A DNA stretch of 64,000 nucleotides from Octopus sinensis (Eukaryota), in NCBI RefSeq assembly GCF_006345805.1, contig NC_043013.1, positions 55,490,001 through 55,554,000 of the forward strand. Direction: 5' to 3'. Of the stretch, positions 1 to 13,602 are shown in pieces. A program made the translations under genes and the position numbers. Numbering within the stretch: the stretch's first letter is position 1; each line of letters starts with the position of its first letter. Below the pieces are notes generated by a model. That model was not told the DNA's origin. It did no database searches and was given only the letters and a program-made list of their open reading frames with translations.

Positions 1-43
1 CTTATACAACCTCACCATCTGACTTCACCTTTACATTACCTAG

Positions 44-172
44 GGTATGGCTGTGTTTACTTTGAAACCAAGTGGTTTCAAGTTCAGTCTCACTGCATGG
101 CATCTTAAACAAGTGTTTTCTACTCAGCGCTGGACTGACCAAAGTGGACAGAAACTGAATCTTATTGTACAT

Positions 173-205
<33 letters not shown>

Positions 206-300
206 ATGCGTGTGTGCAAGTGAATTCATATTTTTACTTGTCACCATGTATGTTTCCATGACTCTATTGTTGTAAACAACGATATAGTCATTTGTAAACA
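44..300 (+). mobile_element. Degenerate SINE family A copy (tRNA-like head, CORE-like caccttgggcaagtgtc segment, internal (TG)n)
   Basis: Eroded match to the clearer copy at 14697-15115 (gttcagtctcactgcatggcatc...aagtgttttctact...gaccaaag...gaaactgaa). Confidence 0.5.
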
Positions 301-662
301 GTCCACTACAAAAGCATATCTAGGCTCCTAGACATGTTGTTGCTGCTGTTCATGATGATGATGATGACAATGAAGACAGTGATGATGATGAGATCAGAAA
401 CAAATAATGATAAAATTAATAACAATATTAATGATTGACGGCCGTATTGATAACAAAATAATGAATGAAGCGATGATAACAATGATGATGATGAATCTAA
501 AGAAAGAAAATTACTTTAGCATTTTGTCAAACCCTGTTTGTAGAAACCACATCAGAAGTGAAGAACAGACCCATATGGAAATTTCAAGCAACACATCTGA
601 TATGAAGGAGATCCCAAACCCTGAATTTTGCTTCATTTCTTCTTGAATTATGGATGGCTTAA

Positions 663-732
<70 letters not shown>
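663..732. repeat. (TA)n microsatellite
   Basis: Direct reading. Confidence 0.95.
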
Positions 733-735
<3 letters not shown>

Positions 736-1944
736 GCACTGAATGCAAGAAGCAAAACACCAAATGGATGCAATTTGATTTTCATATTGTCAACTTGGCA
801 AGACCAAATCAAAGAATTAGAAATGATTACCAGAAAAAGAAATAAATCTCAGGGTTCATTGTAGGTTGAGGGCACAGGAAATATTGCTAAGATATCATAT
901 GGCATCAAAAAGGCAGCAAGAATATTGAATACCATATTTGAATGCTTGAAGCAGAACGTCAATATCGTCACAATAGAAATGATGATAACCAATTACAGAA
1001 GTGAAGAAGGCACTTTGAAAGCTTCTGCTATAAGCAATGTTAATATATTCAAGTCTGTGTGATGTCAGTTTCACTGTGGCCAACCTGGATGAAGACAATC
1101 AGAAATTCAATACTAAATAAATTCAGCTAACTTCACATTTGAACTACATAAATGTCTTCTTTGAAATTCATATAAATCTAAAGATATCTCATTTTCTTCA
1201 TTGTGTTACTATTTAGCCCCAGGTCAGGCCTGATGGCTAGATCTATGATTAGAAATATTCCAACAGTGTATATCTCATATTTCTTCAAATATAGTCTATC
1301 TAGGAGTACATTATACAATAAGTCCTTCCTTTTATATTAAGACTGTAGGCTGTGATTTGATGAAGATTTTTCTGTTGTTTCTAGCATATCAAGCAACCAG
1401 ACAGAGACTCTGTCCATGACAGGTGTTCTTTATAATGCCCATTGTATGATTGTCGTAAATTAACAAATACAGCTGCCAGTGCTTCTCTGCAACAAAAGAG
1501 ATTTAGGAGACCAGAATTGTTGCCTTGTGTCAGGAAAGATAAAATCTTGTTGGATTTGCTCAAATTTACTTTGGAAATAATGATTTCTATTAGAAAATCT
1601 TCAGTGAATAGTTAAACAAATGCTGTATCAAGATTAAAAAAAAACTGTCTGTCTGTCTCTCTCTCTCTCTCTCACTCTCACTCACACACACACATAGAAA
1701 TATACATGCATGCATATGTGTGTGTGTAGGCATGCTACATGATTAAGAAGTTTGCTTCCCAACCACATTCTGTTAGATTCAGTCATATTTTTGGTATTTA
1801 CCAATATGATTTGGTAGCCAGATATTCAAAGAAACCATGAGCGTGTGTGTTTGTCTGAATGTGTGCATATGTGTGTGTCTGTATGTGAATGTGTGTGTCT
1901 CCTTGTCTTGACTGTAAAAAAGACTGTTGCATTTATATATTGCA

Positions 1945-2175
1945 CTGAGTCAAGTTCCACAGTGTTTTGGCAACTTATTTGCTTCATTCATCAAATTACA
2001 TCCAAAGCAGCCTAACACTCAAAGAAGAGGCCATTCTGCTGCCCTGTCTGAAGCCACCTTTTCTGCCAGTTCTTTGATCCCACACTGATACCAGTTCTTG
2101 TCTTCCAAAGTGAAGAACTCTTTCACTGAAGCTTCCACCTCTTCTTGGCTGAGGAAGCATTGCAAGTGTCAGATT
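1945..2175 (-). mobile_element. mariner transposase C-terminal remnant
   Basis: Minus strand reads LQCFLSQEEVEASVKEFFTLEDKNWYQCGIKELAEK, typical of a mariner C-terminus. Confidence 0.7.
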
Positions 2176-2224
2176 GGAACCAGGAATAACACGAGGGAAA
2201 TATTTTTCTGCAATCCTAACTTGC

Positions 2225-2665
2225 ATAAGCAGTGACTGAGCAAGGGAAGCTTCCGGAAACTGTTGCGAAACCTGGGTGTTTCGAACACAAGGTGAAGCTC
2301 TGCGTCTGGCAGAATTATGAGGGTATAATTCACCATGAGGTTGATCTGGTTGGTTGATCCATTGATGACAACCTGAACTCTGAAGAGCTGGAGTGGATGT
2401 GTGTCACTGTGTGCCATGTGTGCCATTGTGTTGCAAAAATACCTGGCATTGGTTAACAGAAAGTGAGCCCTTCTGTGGTAAGACAATGGAAGATCTCATA
2501 TCAAACGACCAGGAATTTGGAGGGAATTGAACTGATGCCAGCATATAGTCTGGATCTAGTTCCTTGTGGCTTTTGATTGTTCCTCAGACTGTAGGAGAAC
2601 CTCAGAGACAGTTGTTTTGAAGATGAAAGACGCTGTGACAAATGTCCTGGACACCTTCACTCCTT
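2225..2665 (+). mobile_element. mariner transposase catalytic-domain remnant (stops, frameshifts)
   Basis: Plus strand gives VAKPGCFEHKVKLCVWQNYEGIIHHE ... KYLALVNRK*ALLW*DNGRSH ... GIELMP.AYSLDLVPCGF (degenerate DNA.PH and YSPDL motifs). Confidence 0.75.
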
Positions 2666-2727
2666 TGAAATTAATAAATGTCTATCTCTCCTAAAAAGAA
2701 GTCTGAAAACTTCTGGAATGCATCTTG

Positions 2728-2828
<101 letters not shown>

Positions 2829-4386
2829 CATGTTATAGATTCTGTTTCTTAATACCTTTCATGCTGATATTTCTATTTTTAATATTGATTTCAGTTTTAA
2901 TGGAAATATTGTTGATTTATTTATTCCTTGCTATTTCAGTAATGAGAGCAATAAATGTCAATAGATATGTGATTAATCATGTGTGGATAATCCGATACCA
3001 AACCTGAAGATGTATCAAGCTTAATAGTACATGTAATACATTAAGACTAGCTTACAAAATAATCATGTAAGTATTAGATAACAATAAAAGGAAACAAAAA
3101 GAAAAATGGTTGTCCTATTTTCCAAATTATAAATCACCAGGATGTATTAAATGATATTTAAATCCAAACTTGGCTGTGTAAAACTTGTTAAGTTCTGATC
3201 ATTATAATCATAATGATTAGTGTTTTAACACAGAAATAAATATGCAGAAATAAATATGCAGTCAATGACTAATGCTTCAGGCAAGAAACAATACCAGGCA
3301 TGTTTCAATTTTATTCTGACCTCCTTAGTGAAGTTTCTGTTCTTTGGAGCTGGTTTGTCTCACACCAACACCTTTCACCCCACTCGTCCTTTCACCTTTC
3401 ATCACCTTTGTTGCATCCACTGCCACTCTTTAGCACCACACTAACTATATATCCAATCCTTTCTCCCCAGAATATAGGCCATCCGGAATCTTCCTGCTCA
3501 GGTCTTTCTTGCAGCTGTTGACTTGCAACAGGTTAAACAGAACAGTAACAGCATCAAATTTCCGAGTACCAGAAGGCCTTCAAAGGTTATGGGGCACTGT
3601 CCCTTCCTCTAGAGTCAGCAAGCCAAAAGATATAAAAACAATTACCCTGTTATAATTACCAAAGTAATGACTGACTAAGAAAATGCATAAAATTTTACGT
3701 TTATTGGTGTAGGAAAATAAAAGTTCTTAACAGATTCAATATAACAGAGACACTATGAAGAAGTCAGTCTTTGATGTAGCGTTGACCTGTTAGATTTAAA
3801 TCGGAAAATTTCATCTCACTCCATCATTTGGTAATTATAACAGCTGACAGTAGTGACAACATGACAGTTATGAACATAATAGCATCTTATAATGAGCTAA
3901 TTGTATAATTTAATTGATGACACCTATTTGAACCAGTCTTAAAGCTTTGAAAATTCACTTCTTTGAGTTATGACGGAATAAGCTGTGTAGAATTCCCAAT
4001 CCCATCACTACGACTTGCAGACTTTATGTATGACCTTTGTATCAATCGTATTATAGATCTATAAATTAACACATTAGGTGCCACAATAAAACTTCCATCA
4101 CCGTTGCAACAACCTCCATTTCCCCAAGCAGTTCTTCAACAAACCATCTCCTTATTCTTTTCTTTCATCTGTTTTAAAAGGTTACATGTTAATAAGAACC
4201 AGATATTTTACATTTGAGAAACAGAGAATGATTTGTAATATGAAATGCATTCCAAAGACAGCAAATTCCAAAGGTCTTGCTTGTTAAGATATCAAATCTA
4301 ATTCTCACTTGACTTAGGAAGACAAAATCATTATATACCATTATAGATAGTAATAACCAATTAGTTAAATCAACAGATATTAGTAT

Positions 4387-4686
4387 CACAGTAGTATCAA
4401 CTAGACCGTCAGATACGGTTGTATACTGCTGGTCACAATGCACTTCCAATTCCCTTTTGATTGCACCATTCTTTTCCACTTTGACCTAAATTGCTTAATT
4501 AAATTGTTATCCCATCATTTTGGAAGCCTTCCGTGTAGCCTTTTCCATTCTTCCATGGATACCACTCAGCAGCTACATGATTCCACCTGTTATCAGTGAA
4601 TCTTGTGACATGTCCAGTCAGTGGAACTTTCAATGTTCTGCAATCACATTGTGCACTTTGTTTCATCCTCAAATTATCTCATTTCC
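4387..4686 (-). mobile_element. 5'-truncated RTE-like LINE 3' end
   Basis: Minus strand reads TGHVTRFTDNRWNHVAAEWYPW / GRLPK*WDNNL..W.R..Q..GNWK (RTE C-terminus). It is followed by cattgtgaccagc...gtgatac, a tail homologous to 25925-25978. Confidence 0.7.
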
Positions 4687-6359
4687 AAATGCTTTCCAAA
4701 GATAGAAAATTTTTAAAGTCATGTTTATTGAGATATCAAATCTAATTTTGATTACATTTAGGAAGGTAAAACCATTATATATTATAAATTAGTAATAACC
4801 AATTAATAAAAATCATTCGATATTATTATGAGCAATAACTACTTACAAAAGAGAAATCATTGGATATTATTGTAAATACAAACTCTTCTAAAGTTACCCA
4901 AGGAGAACAATTTGGTTCCACTTACTAAATTTCTTGGCAAGAATTTGGTCAAGCCAAGGCTATAAAAGAAGATATTTGCACAACTGCTGAGTGGTGAGAT
5001 TGAAACTGAAACCATTTTGTAGCAAAGAGAACTTCTTATCCACACAGCTACATTTATTATAACCAATTAACAACTTCCTCTTTGTTATGGAAGCCTCAAA
5101 CTCTAAAAATCTAGGCATAGCAGGAAATTCTATAGGGTGAAATCTGTTTTATCCATTCATTTCATGTCACACAAAAATAAAAAAACATGGAATCAACAGC
5201 AAAATATGTTTTGCATTATGGAACACCAAGCCACAGCAAGATTTTGGGGAACATCATGCTTCCATATTGCAGAGGATACCTGAATAAAGAATTTTAGATT
5301 TCAGAGCAGCTTCAGCTTCTAGCTTTTATCATGGTTCCCTTGATTTCCTCTGCCTCCTTCTCCTCATCGCCATCATCATCATCACCACCACCACCACCAC
5401 CAGCAACAACAACAACAACAACAAAAGCAACAACGCCGCCACCGCCACCACCACCAAGGTCAATAAAGTAAAGCACAAGTCAAGTGCCACATGGTGTCTA
5501 CTAAGTCCCTTTCCTCAAAATTGCAAGCCTTATTCCTACATGAGAAACCATTAAATGTATTGGAATATTTAGCAGGCATCAAAGAATGATATGTCTACTC
5601 AGGTCGCTGGTTAGAGTGATTAAATTCTACACTGTATTTCACACCGATAGAAGAGTTGATGGTTGTTCCTCAGTTATGCAATGTAGCACCACAGTTGGCC
5701 GTTTAATAAAGGTATTGATCTAGTTTTCTAAGCAGTGAAATGTTTTCCAAATAAATTCAGGCCTTTCAATGTGAGCTACGACTGATGGGAATATTTATAT
5801 CTGTTTATTTTTGAATTTGTCTTACAGGCAACAGAATGTGTGTGAAAGAGACGGGGGGGGGGGAGAAAGAAAGAAAGAGGTAGAGAAAGAAAGAAAGAAA
5901 CGTGGGATGTGTTTGATTATTACCGAAGAATCAGAAACTTCACCATTTATTACAAAATTGGTGCTGCAGGTGTAATTCTATATTTATGGAGAAAGGCTGA
6001 CAGACACACAGACCGAGAGAGAGAGAGAGAGGGAGAGAGAGGGATGAGCTGAGGAAGTTTACGAATATGACAGGATTTTGTTCTCCTGTTCACATATACA
6101 TATTCTGCTGTATGTTTACCTGCATACAAACAGATATTACGTTACATAGATATACAGAGACACACACAAATGTACACATCTACCAAGTTGCCTATGACTA
6201 CCATCCGCTACCATGGAAAGCACTTGGTTGTTGACTATATACAAACAATGCTCAGTCTTTGTCAATTCAAGAAGAAAAATGTGAAAATTCATGCAAGTTG
6301 CTAAATATAAGTGTTATGACCATCCCCACTGGTGGAGAGGATTGGCCGGCGAGAGTCCT

Positions 6360-6552
6360 GAGCCAGTGATATGTAGAAAGCACCCAGCACACTCTGTAAA
6401 GTGGTTTGCATCAGGAAGGGTATCCAGCTGTAGAGACCATGCCAAGACAGACAATTGGAGCCTGGGCAGCTCTTCAGCTGGTGAACTCCTTTCAAATCGT
6501 CCAACCCATGCCTACAGGGAAAATGGACGTTAAATGATGATGATGATGATGA
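6360..6552 (+). mobile_element. RTE 3'-tail copy ending in (GAT)n
   Basis: aggaagggtatccagctgtag...ccaacccatgcc...ggacgttaaatgatgatgatg matches the 3' end of the RTE at 11091-11280. Confidence 0.8.
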
Positions 6553-6571
6553 CAGCAATGAAGAATATTGC

Positions 6572-6720
6572 CACAGGCATGGCAGTGTGGTTAAGAAATT
6601 CGCTTTGCAATCACATGGTGCTAATTCCACTGTGTGGCACTTTGGGAAAATGCCTTTGGGCCAATCAATTCCTTGTGAATGGCTTTTGCCGAAGCCTGTC
6701 ATACAAATATACTTTCATTC
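6572..6720 (+). mobile_element. SINE family A, 5' half
   Basis: ggcatggcagtgtggttaagaa...cccactgtgtggcactttggg-like head resembles 14697. Confidence 0.65.
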
Positions 6721-6885
6721 ATTATTCTTTAGGAAGGTCATGGAGGGAGTCTTCAGGTACTTCCTCCATAGGGTCCTATCAAAAGCAACCAACATTACAC
6801 TTTCCTCTGATGTACACACATCTCTCACTCCCCCTCCCCTCTTTCTATATATAAGTGAATTTATCTATCTATCTGTTTATCTATC

Positions 6886-6937
<52 letters not shown>

Positions 6938-7082
6938 AATCTATGTATGTATGTATCTATCTATCTATCTATCAATCTAGAGGTAGACAGGAGGAAAACT
7001 AAGATAAATTTAATATGGTTTGTCTGCGATTATAATGTCAGCACTTGAAAGTAATTGCATGTAAATACTCATTAGTCTTCTT

Positions 7083-7138
<56 letters not shown>

Positions 7139-7480
7139 ATTTGCACATGTGTAGATGCTTATGTTGCTCTAGATGTCCTGTAACTCAATTGATCCGAAAT
7201 AAGTACCAGACAAACATCAGAACTGGGGTCGATGTGGACACACTAAAGTCCCTCGATGGAAGTGCCTCAGACATGGCCACCATCCATTAACTTAAACTAG
7301 TCAAGGAATAACAAAAAAGAACATTAGAAGAAAGTGTTTGTAGGGATTTAACAAATCAGTGTCTCTCAGTAAACTCCCTGTTTTCTTTAATATTGGAATC
7401 AAATAATCTCAGAAAGTTATCCACAAGAAAAATGGTATGGCATCAGATACAATCATCTTTTGATCAGCTGCAAATAATCA

Positions 7481-8008
7481 ACTTTTTCAATTATATCTAG
7501 ACTTTCTAGACTTTCTGGCTCTCTATTGACGTGGTCTAACACCACAAATGGCACGTTCCATTTGGGCCTAAAAACAGGTATCGTCTCTTCTTTTACCGCA
7601 ATCCTTTTTTTTTAGTACAACAGCCTAATCCTTCCAAAAGAAGGGCCAAATTGGTATGTACTCATAGTTATGTCAAGGATGTATTTTCATCAAGAGAGAG
7701 CTTTTGTTATAGTGAGACAACAATGTTTTTCTCATTTGTTTTTTAATAATAAACCTTATCAAACAGTTTCTGTTTTATCTGATGTCTAATTAAGGTTAAG
7801 GTTGTTGGAGTGTGGGAGGCCCATTAAATATAGGCAAGGGTTCCACAATATTTTGAAAATTGTGTATGTTTGGAAATCACTGTCTTAGCTGATTCTTTTG
7901 GAAGGATTAGGCTGTTGTTAGGCCCAAATGGAACGTGTCATTTGTGGTTTTAGACCACGTCAATAGAGAGCCGGAAAGACTAGAAAGTCTAGATATAATT
8001 GAAAAAGT
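7481..8008. mobile_element. Fold-back / MITE-like element with long inverted repeats
   Basis: 7481-7571 is the reverse complement of 7918-8008 (4 mismatches in 91 bp). 7618-7642 is the exact reverse complement of 7893-7917. Confidence 0.75.
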
Positions 8009-8469
8009 CAACCATTCAAGGTTGGCAGCTCCAATGGTTTATGTTTAAAAAATGCTAAAAAGGGAGGAGGGGTGAATAAAGTAAAATAAAACTACTTGCT
8101 TCCCTAAAAATAAATAAATAAAAAGGGAGATGTAGTGAAAATGGTACTCCCCTTCCCATATGACAAAGTGGTATGACTCAGCCATTATAAAGTCAGACAG
8201 TCATTTTGTTGTAGGAGGTCAGAGTCGTTGTACAAGTTCTCAGTTGGAGTCAGTTAGGAGGTTGAGTCATTGTCAAGGTAGACATTTCAAAGCCATTGTC
8301 TTGCAGAGCTATCAGTGACAGCATGATAGATGAGTGAAAGTAAGAAGGCACGGAATACTGCCGCCACAATGTAATAATGGCAACACGAATATTACAGTGC
8401 TGGCAACAACATGAGGATCCACATTATAACAGTTTTGAAAATGGTTAATATCATTTTATATTTTCTTTT

Positions 8470-8835
8470 ATTCATTATGGTCATTTGACTGCAACCATGC
8501 TGGAGCAACACCTTAAGAGGTTTAATCAAACAAATCAGTTCCAGTGCTTGTTTTTAAGCCCAATACTTATTCTATTTGTCTCTTTTGCTGAACCCCCAAG
8601 TTGTAGGGACATAAACAAACCAACACTGGTTGTCAATACAAAGGTTAGCAGGGACAAACACAAACACACATACATGAAGATATGGAGATAATGATGCCAA
8701 CTCCACAGTTTCCAGATCTGCTCACAAGCCTGGAGCTGTTGTAGAAAACATTAGTCCAAGCTGCTGCAGGGTTGGACTGAGCCAGAAGTCACATAATTGC
8801 AAAAGGAACTTCCTAAAAACACAGCCATGTCTGTG
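8470..8835 (-). mobile_element. SINE family A copy (degenerate)
   Basis: Reverse complement carries the tail (ggtgttgctccagcatggttgcagtc) and the head/CORE-like segments. Confidence 0.65.
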
Positions 8836-9561
8836 TCCACAATCTATTTATAAAAATTCAGTTCAAAAGCATTTTATCTCATGAAACCTCACATATTTTC
8901 CATGGCAGCCATTCTGAGAAACATTGGTCTATGATCTGTGGCAAATACTGGCAAGAAAATGTGTCACTGAAGAGGTTTGATAAGACAGAAATGTATCCAT
9001 CACTGTATTTACAAAAGATCAGCTCTCTGCCAACTGCATGATGAATCTATCTAATTTTCAATTGTTGTTTTCCTTTGTCATTCTTGAATATCAATCATTA
9101 AAACTAATTAATTCATTTCCTCTCATTAAATGTGTGATTTCGTTTAATTAAAAGAATTTGACTCGCTACCTGTCAGGTCCCATACAACTGTATGTTTTCA
9201 TGCAAACCATAACTTTTGCTAATCCCTATGCTCTGCCATCCTTCTTCTAACTAACACAGAGTTAACCAAGGAGATTCAAAGATAATGGTTTCTGATTGAG
9301 GTACAAGGCCAGTAATTTTGTGTGGTGTTTCATTGTTACCATCAAGCCTAGTAAATGACTGGTACTTCATTTTATCTACCCCAGCAGAATCGGAAGTGAG
9401 AACTTAAAAAGTTGAAAGAAGTACACAGCACATCTTTTCTGAGGCTCAAACCTTTCAGCCAGGTCCCTCCTGCCCTGACATTCAACAATAACAATTCCCC
9501 AAGTATCACCTCAATGCACCCACATTTTAGGCATTACTATCTTTCTTGTGTGATTCTAGTG

Positions 9562-9875
9562 AAGGCATATGGCTCGGTGGTTAGGGTCTTCAGCTCATGA
9601 TTGTAAGGTTAAGACTTCAACTCCTGGCAGCTTGTTGTGTCCTTGGACAAGACTCTTATTCACACATTGCTCTAGTCCACTCAGTTGGAAAAAACTGAAT
9701 TGTACTGGTAATTCAGAGGTACAGCTGTGTCACACTGAATCTCCTTGAGAACTACGTTAAGAGTACGTGTGTTTGTGGAGTTGTGGAGTACTCAGCCACT
9801 TGCCTGTTGATTTTACAAGCAAGCTGTCCCATTGGATCAACTGAAACAGCTGTCATTGTGACCAATGGAGTGCTA
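9562..9875 (+). mobile_element. tRNA-derived SINE with gtgtccttg-gcaag central motif (Meta-SINE-like; superfamily not verified)
   Basis: Head ggctcggtggttagggt...gacttcaactcctgg, then ttgtgtccttggacaagactct...gctctagtccactcag. A related partial copy lies at 46535-46700. Confidence 0.65.
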
Positions 9876-10775
9876 GTTTCTTGTGCGACCCCAAAGATTT
9901 TCTGTGATTCTAAAGTTTGAAGGTCATCATCAAATTCCAACACCTTTTTAATAAAAATAAGGCAACAGTCTTCGGTGCAAAAATGTTGGGTCTAAGAACT
10001 GTTCTCCGAGACACAAATATTATCCCCAACAAAGATAGTATTGCATCAAGATATTTAAGATTTCCTCTCGGGTTAGGAATTAACCAAATTCTTACAGAGG
10101 ATTTATTTATTCATTTCTTTTTCCAAAACCAAGATTTGTCATGTTCCAATGCTGTTATCTGCGAATGATAACCTTAATATGCTTCATACTGTTATTATCT
10201 CCAATATCTGAAGGCTGTTTTGTAAAGATAAAATGTTATGTATGTCATTCCATAAAAATGATAAGGATGCATTTAGGCCCACATTACACATAAACGAAGC
10301 CTTTAATATTTAAGTAATTTGCATAAACCTTTTACTTAAATTGTAGCGAAATGCATATGAAGAAACTGCAATCTATTCTCATAAAGTCAGCTGATAATGT
10401 AACACTTAGCACATTATCTGATTCACATAAGATAATAGGTGTGCTGAAGCAATCTTTCACACTGAACAATATTGAATATTTTAATCATACTCTCAAAGAA
10501 ATGAGGTGCAAATTGTAAACTATTGTGATCGCTCTGTTTAAGAGTAAAGTTGTAGAGTGCAACTCTACACCACTGGAATTACAATTCACAGAAACATGAT
10601 TTCAATTCAGCTCGGAAACTGGTGGAATAGGGACAAACTAATACAAAGGAAATGCTGGGTTTAACAAAAGGTAAAATATTTTCTGTGTTGTTTCAAAACA
10701 GCAATTACTTGATTAAACTCTACAAGAGGAATGCCAAAATGAATTGAACAAAAGCAGATTATATATTATATATGA

Positions 10776-10814
<39 letters not shown>

Positions 10815-10862
10815 CACATGTATGATCATATATATGTATTTATGTGTGTCTATGTACATATA

Positions 10863-10895
<33 letters not shown>

Positions 10896-11803
10896 AGAGA
10901 GAAAGTAACAGATGAGATCCAGAGATTTTCAGTATAGAAAACAGTGGCACTGAAATGATTTGAACATACAATCTGAAACCTTTATTGAGGACCAAGTCCA
11001 TGGGGTAAAGAGTGACTATAAGAGGTATCCAAGTGGGTGGGTAGATAAGGAGATGATGATGCAAAATAAACTAATAAAATTGCTTGGGTTTAATACCATC
11101 ATCATCATCATCATCATCGTCGTTTAGCGTCCGCTTTCTATGCTGGCATGGGTTGGATGGTGCAACTGGGGCCTGGGAAGTCAGAAGGCTGCACCAGGCC
11201 CAGTCTAATCTGGCAATTTTTCTACAGCTGGATGCCCTTCCTAACGCCAACCACTCCATGAGTGTAGTGGGTGCTTTTTATGAGCCACCGGCACAGGTGC
11301 CAGACGAGGCTGGCAAACGGCCACGATCGGATGGTGCTTTTTATGTGCCACCACCACGGAGGCCAGGCGAGGCTGGCAATGGCCACAATCGGATGGTGCT
11401 TTTTACGTGCCACCGGCACGGAAGCCAGTTGGGTCGGCTCTGGCAATGGCCACGTTTGGATAGTTCTCTTATGTGCCACCGGCACTGGTATCACAGCTAC
11501 AATTTCCATTGATGTTGATCGACTTTGATTTTGATTTCACTAGCCTCAACAGGTCTTCACAAGTAGAGTTTTGTGTCCCAAGAAGGAAAGGTATGCATAA
11601 GTGGACTGAGGCCATGGGTTATGGTCTCACTTATCCGGCCGGGTCTTCTTACGCACAGCATACTTCCAAAGGTCTCGGTCTCTAGTCATTTCCTCGGTGA
11701 GACCTAAAGTTCGAAGGTCGTGCTTCACCACCTCATCCCAGGTTTTCCTGGGTCTACCTCTTCCACAGGTTCCCTCAACCGCTAGGGTGTGGCACTTTTT
11801 CAC

Positions 11804-13602
11804 TCAACTATCTTCATTCATTCTTGCCACATGACCATACCAGCACAGACGTCTCTCTTGCACACCACAACTCATGCTTCTATGGTCCAACTTTTCTCTC
11901 AAGTTACATACGCTCTGTCGAGTACGAACACTGACATTACACATCCATCGGAGCATACTGGCTTCATTTCTTGCGAGCTTACACATATCCTCAGCAGTCA
12001 CAGTCCATGTTTCTCTGCCACGTAGCATGGCTGTTCGTATACATGCGTCATACAGTCTGCCTTTTACTCTGAGCGAGAGGCCTTTTGCCGCTGGTAGAGG
12101 TAAGAGCTCTCTGAACTTTGCCCAGGCTATTCTTACTCTAGCAGTTACACTTTCAATACACCCGTCTGCACTACTGACTTGGTCACCTAGGTAATGGAAG
12201 CTATCAACTATTTCTAGTTTTTCTCCCTGGAATGTGGCGGAAGTTGCTCTCTGTGCATTTTCAGTGTTTATTGCTCCTGAGCATCTGCCACATACAAAAA
12301 CTATCTTCCTAGTTAACCTTCCCTTGACGTTGCTGCACCTCTTATGTGTCCATAGCTTACACTTGGTGCATCTTATAGAGTTTCTACCTACGTCTTTCCT
12401 AGAGATCGAGCAAGACCATCTACCTGAAGGCGTTTGTGACTTGTCTACCTTCCTACTTATTAGGACTTTGGTTTTAGCTAGGTTGACTCTAAGGCCCTTC
12501 GATTCTAATCCTTGCTTCCACACCTGAAACTTCTCCTCCAGTTCTAATAGAGACTCAGCAATTAGAGCAAGGTCATCAGTGTAGAGGAGCTCCCAAGGGC
12601 ATCCTGTCTTGAATTTCTCCATTATTGCCTGGAGGACTATGATAAATAGGAGGTGGCTGAGGACTGAACCCTGGTGGCCCCAACCTCTACCTGGAATTCT
12701 TCACTGTACTCATTGCCAACCCTCACCTTACTAGCAGCATCCCTGTACATGCCTTGCACAGCTCTCACTAACCATTCATCTATCCCTAGTTTCCTCATTG
12801 ACCACCAGATAAGGGATCAGGAGACCCTATCGAAGGCTTTCTCCATGTCAACGAAAGACAGGTACAGGGGTTTATCTTTGGCTAGATATTTCTCCTGCAG
12901 CTGTCTTACCAGGAATATGGCATCAGTGGTGCTTTTCCCTGGCACGAACCCAAACTGCATCTCATCTAAACTAACTCTCTCTCTAATTAGTTGGGCTATG
13001 ACCCTCTCCGTAACCTTCATTACCTGATCCAACAGCTTGATACCTCTGTAATTATTTGTATCTAGGGCATCACCTTTACCTTTGTAGCAGTTGACTATTA
13101 TGCTGCTACACCAGTCAGTGGGTATGACTCCTTCGTGTATCACCTGGTTAACTATACGTGTGACTACGCTATAGCCAACACTACCAGATATTTTGAGCGT
13201 CTCTGCAGTAATTCCTGATGGGCCGGGGACTTTCCCTGTCTTCATACTCTTAATTGCTTTAACTACCAAAGAACTGTCAACTCAGATAGCTGGTCCCTCT
13301 GTTGGGTCGACATTCAGCAGACTCTCTTTATCCCATTCATTTTCTTTATTCAGCAACCTTTCATAGTGGCGTCTCCAAACCTCTCTCTTTGCATCCTCAT
13401 TTAGTGCAAGTGAACCATCATCCATGTGAACACATTTCTCTCCTACCACATCACGATTCTCTCTCACACACTGTCTTGCAACGCGAAATACCTCAAGTCT
13501 TTGGTCCTCATGGCACAGAACATTGGCAAATTTTTTCTTATCTGCTTCCCCTCTGGCTAAATAAACCTGTCTCCTAGCTTCTCTTTTGGCAGTCTGATAC
13601 AA
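11804..13602 (-). pseudogene. RTE reverse transcriptase, disrupted
   Basis: ORFs 13282-13602, 12817-13269 and 11804-12622 are split by TGA stops (probably CGA>TGA) and a frameshift near GVHQGS. The catalytic motif reads YTDD instead of YADD. Confidence 0.92.

Noticed and set aside
735-1100. Possible DNA transposase remnant
   Set aside because: Protein-like fragments in several frames, but no motif that I can assign to a family.
3750-4200. Minus-strand reading resembling a Toll-like receptor TM/LRR-CT/TIR region
   Set aside because: It needs several frameshifts and stops, and no diagnostic motif is intact; compatible with chance in AT-rich DNA.
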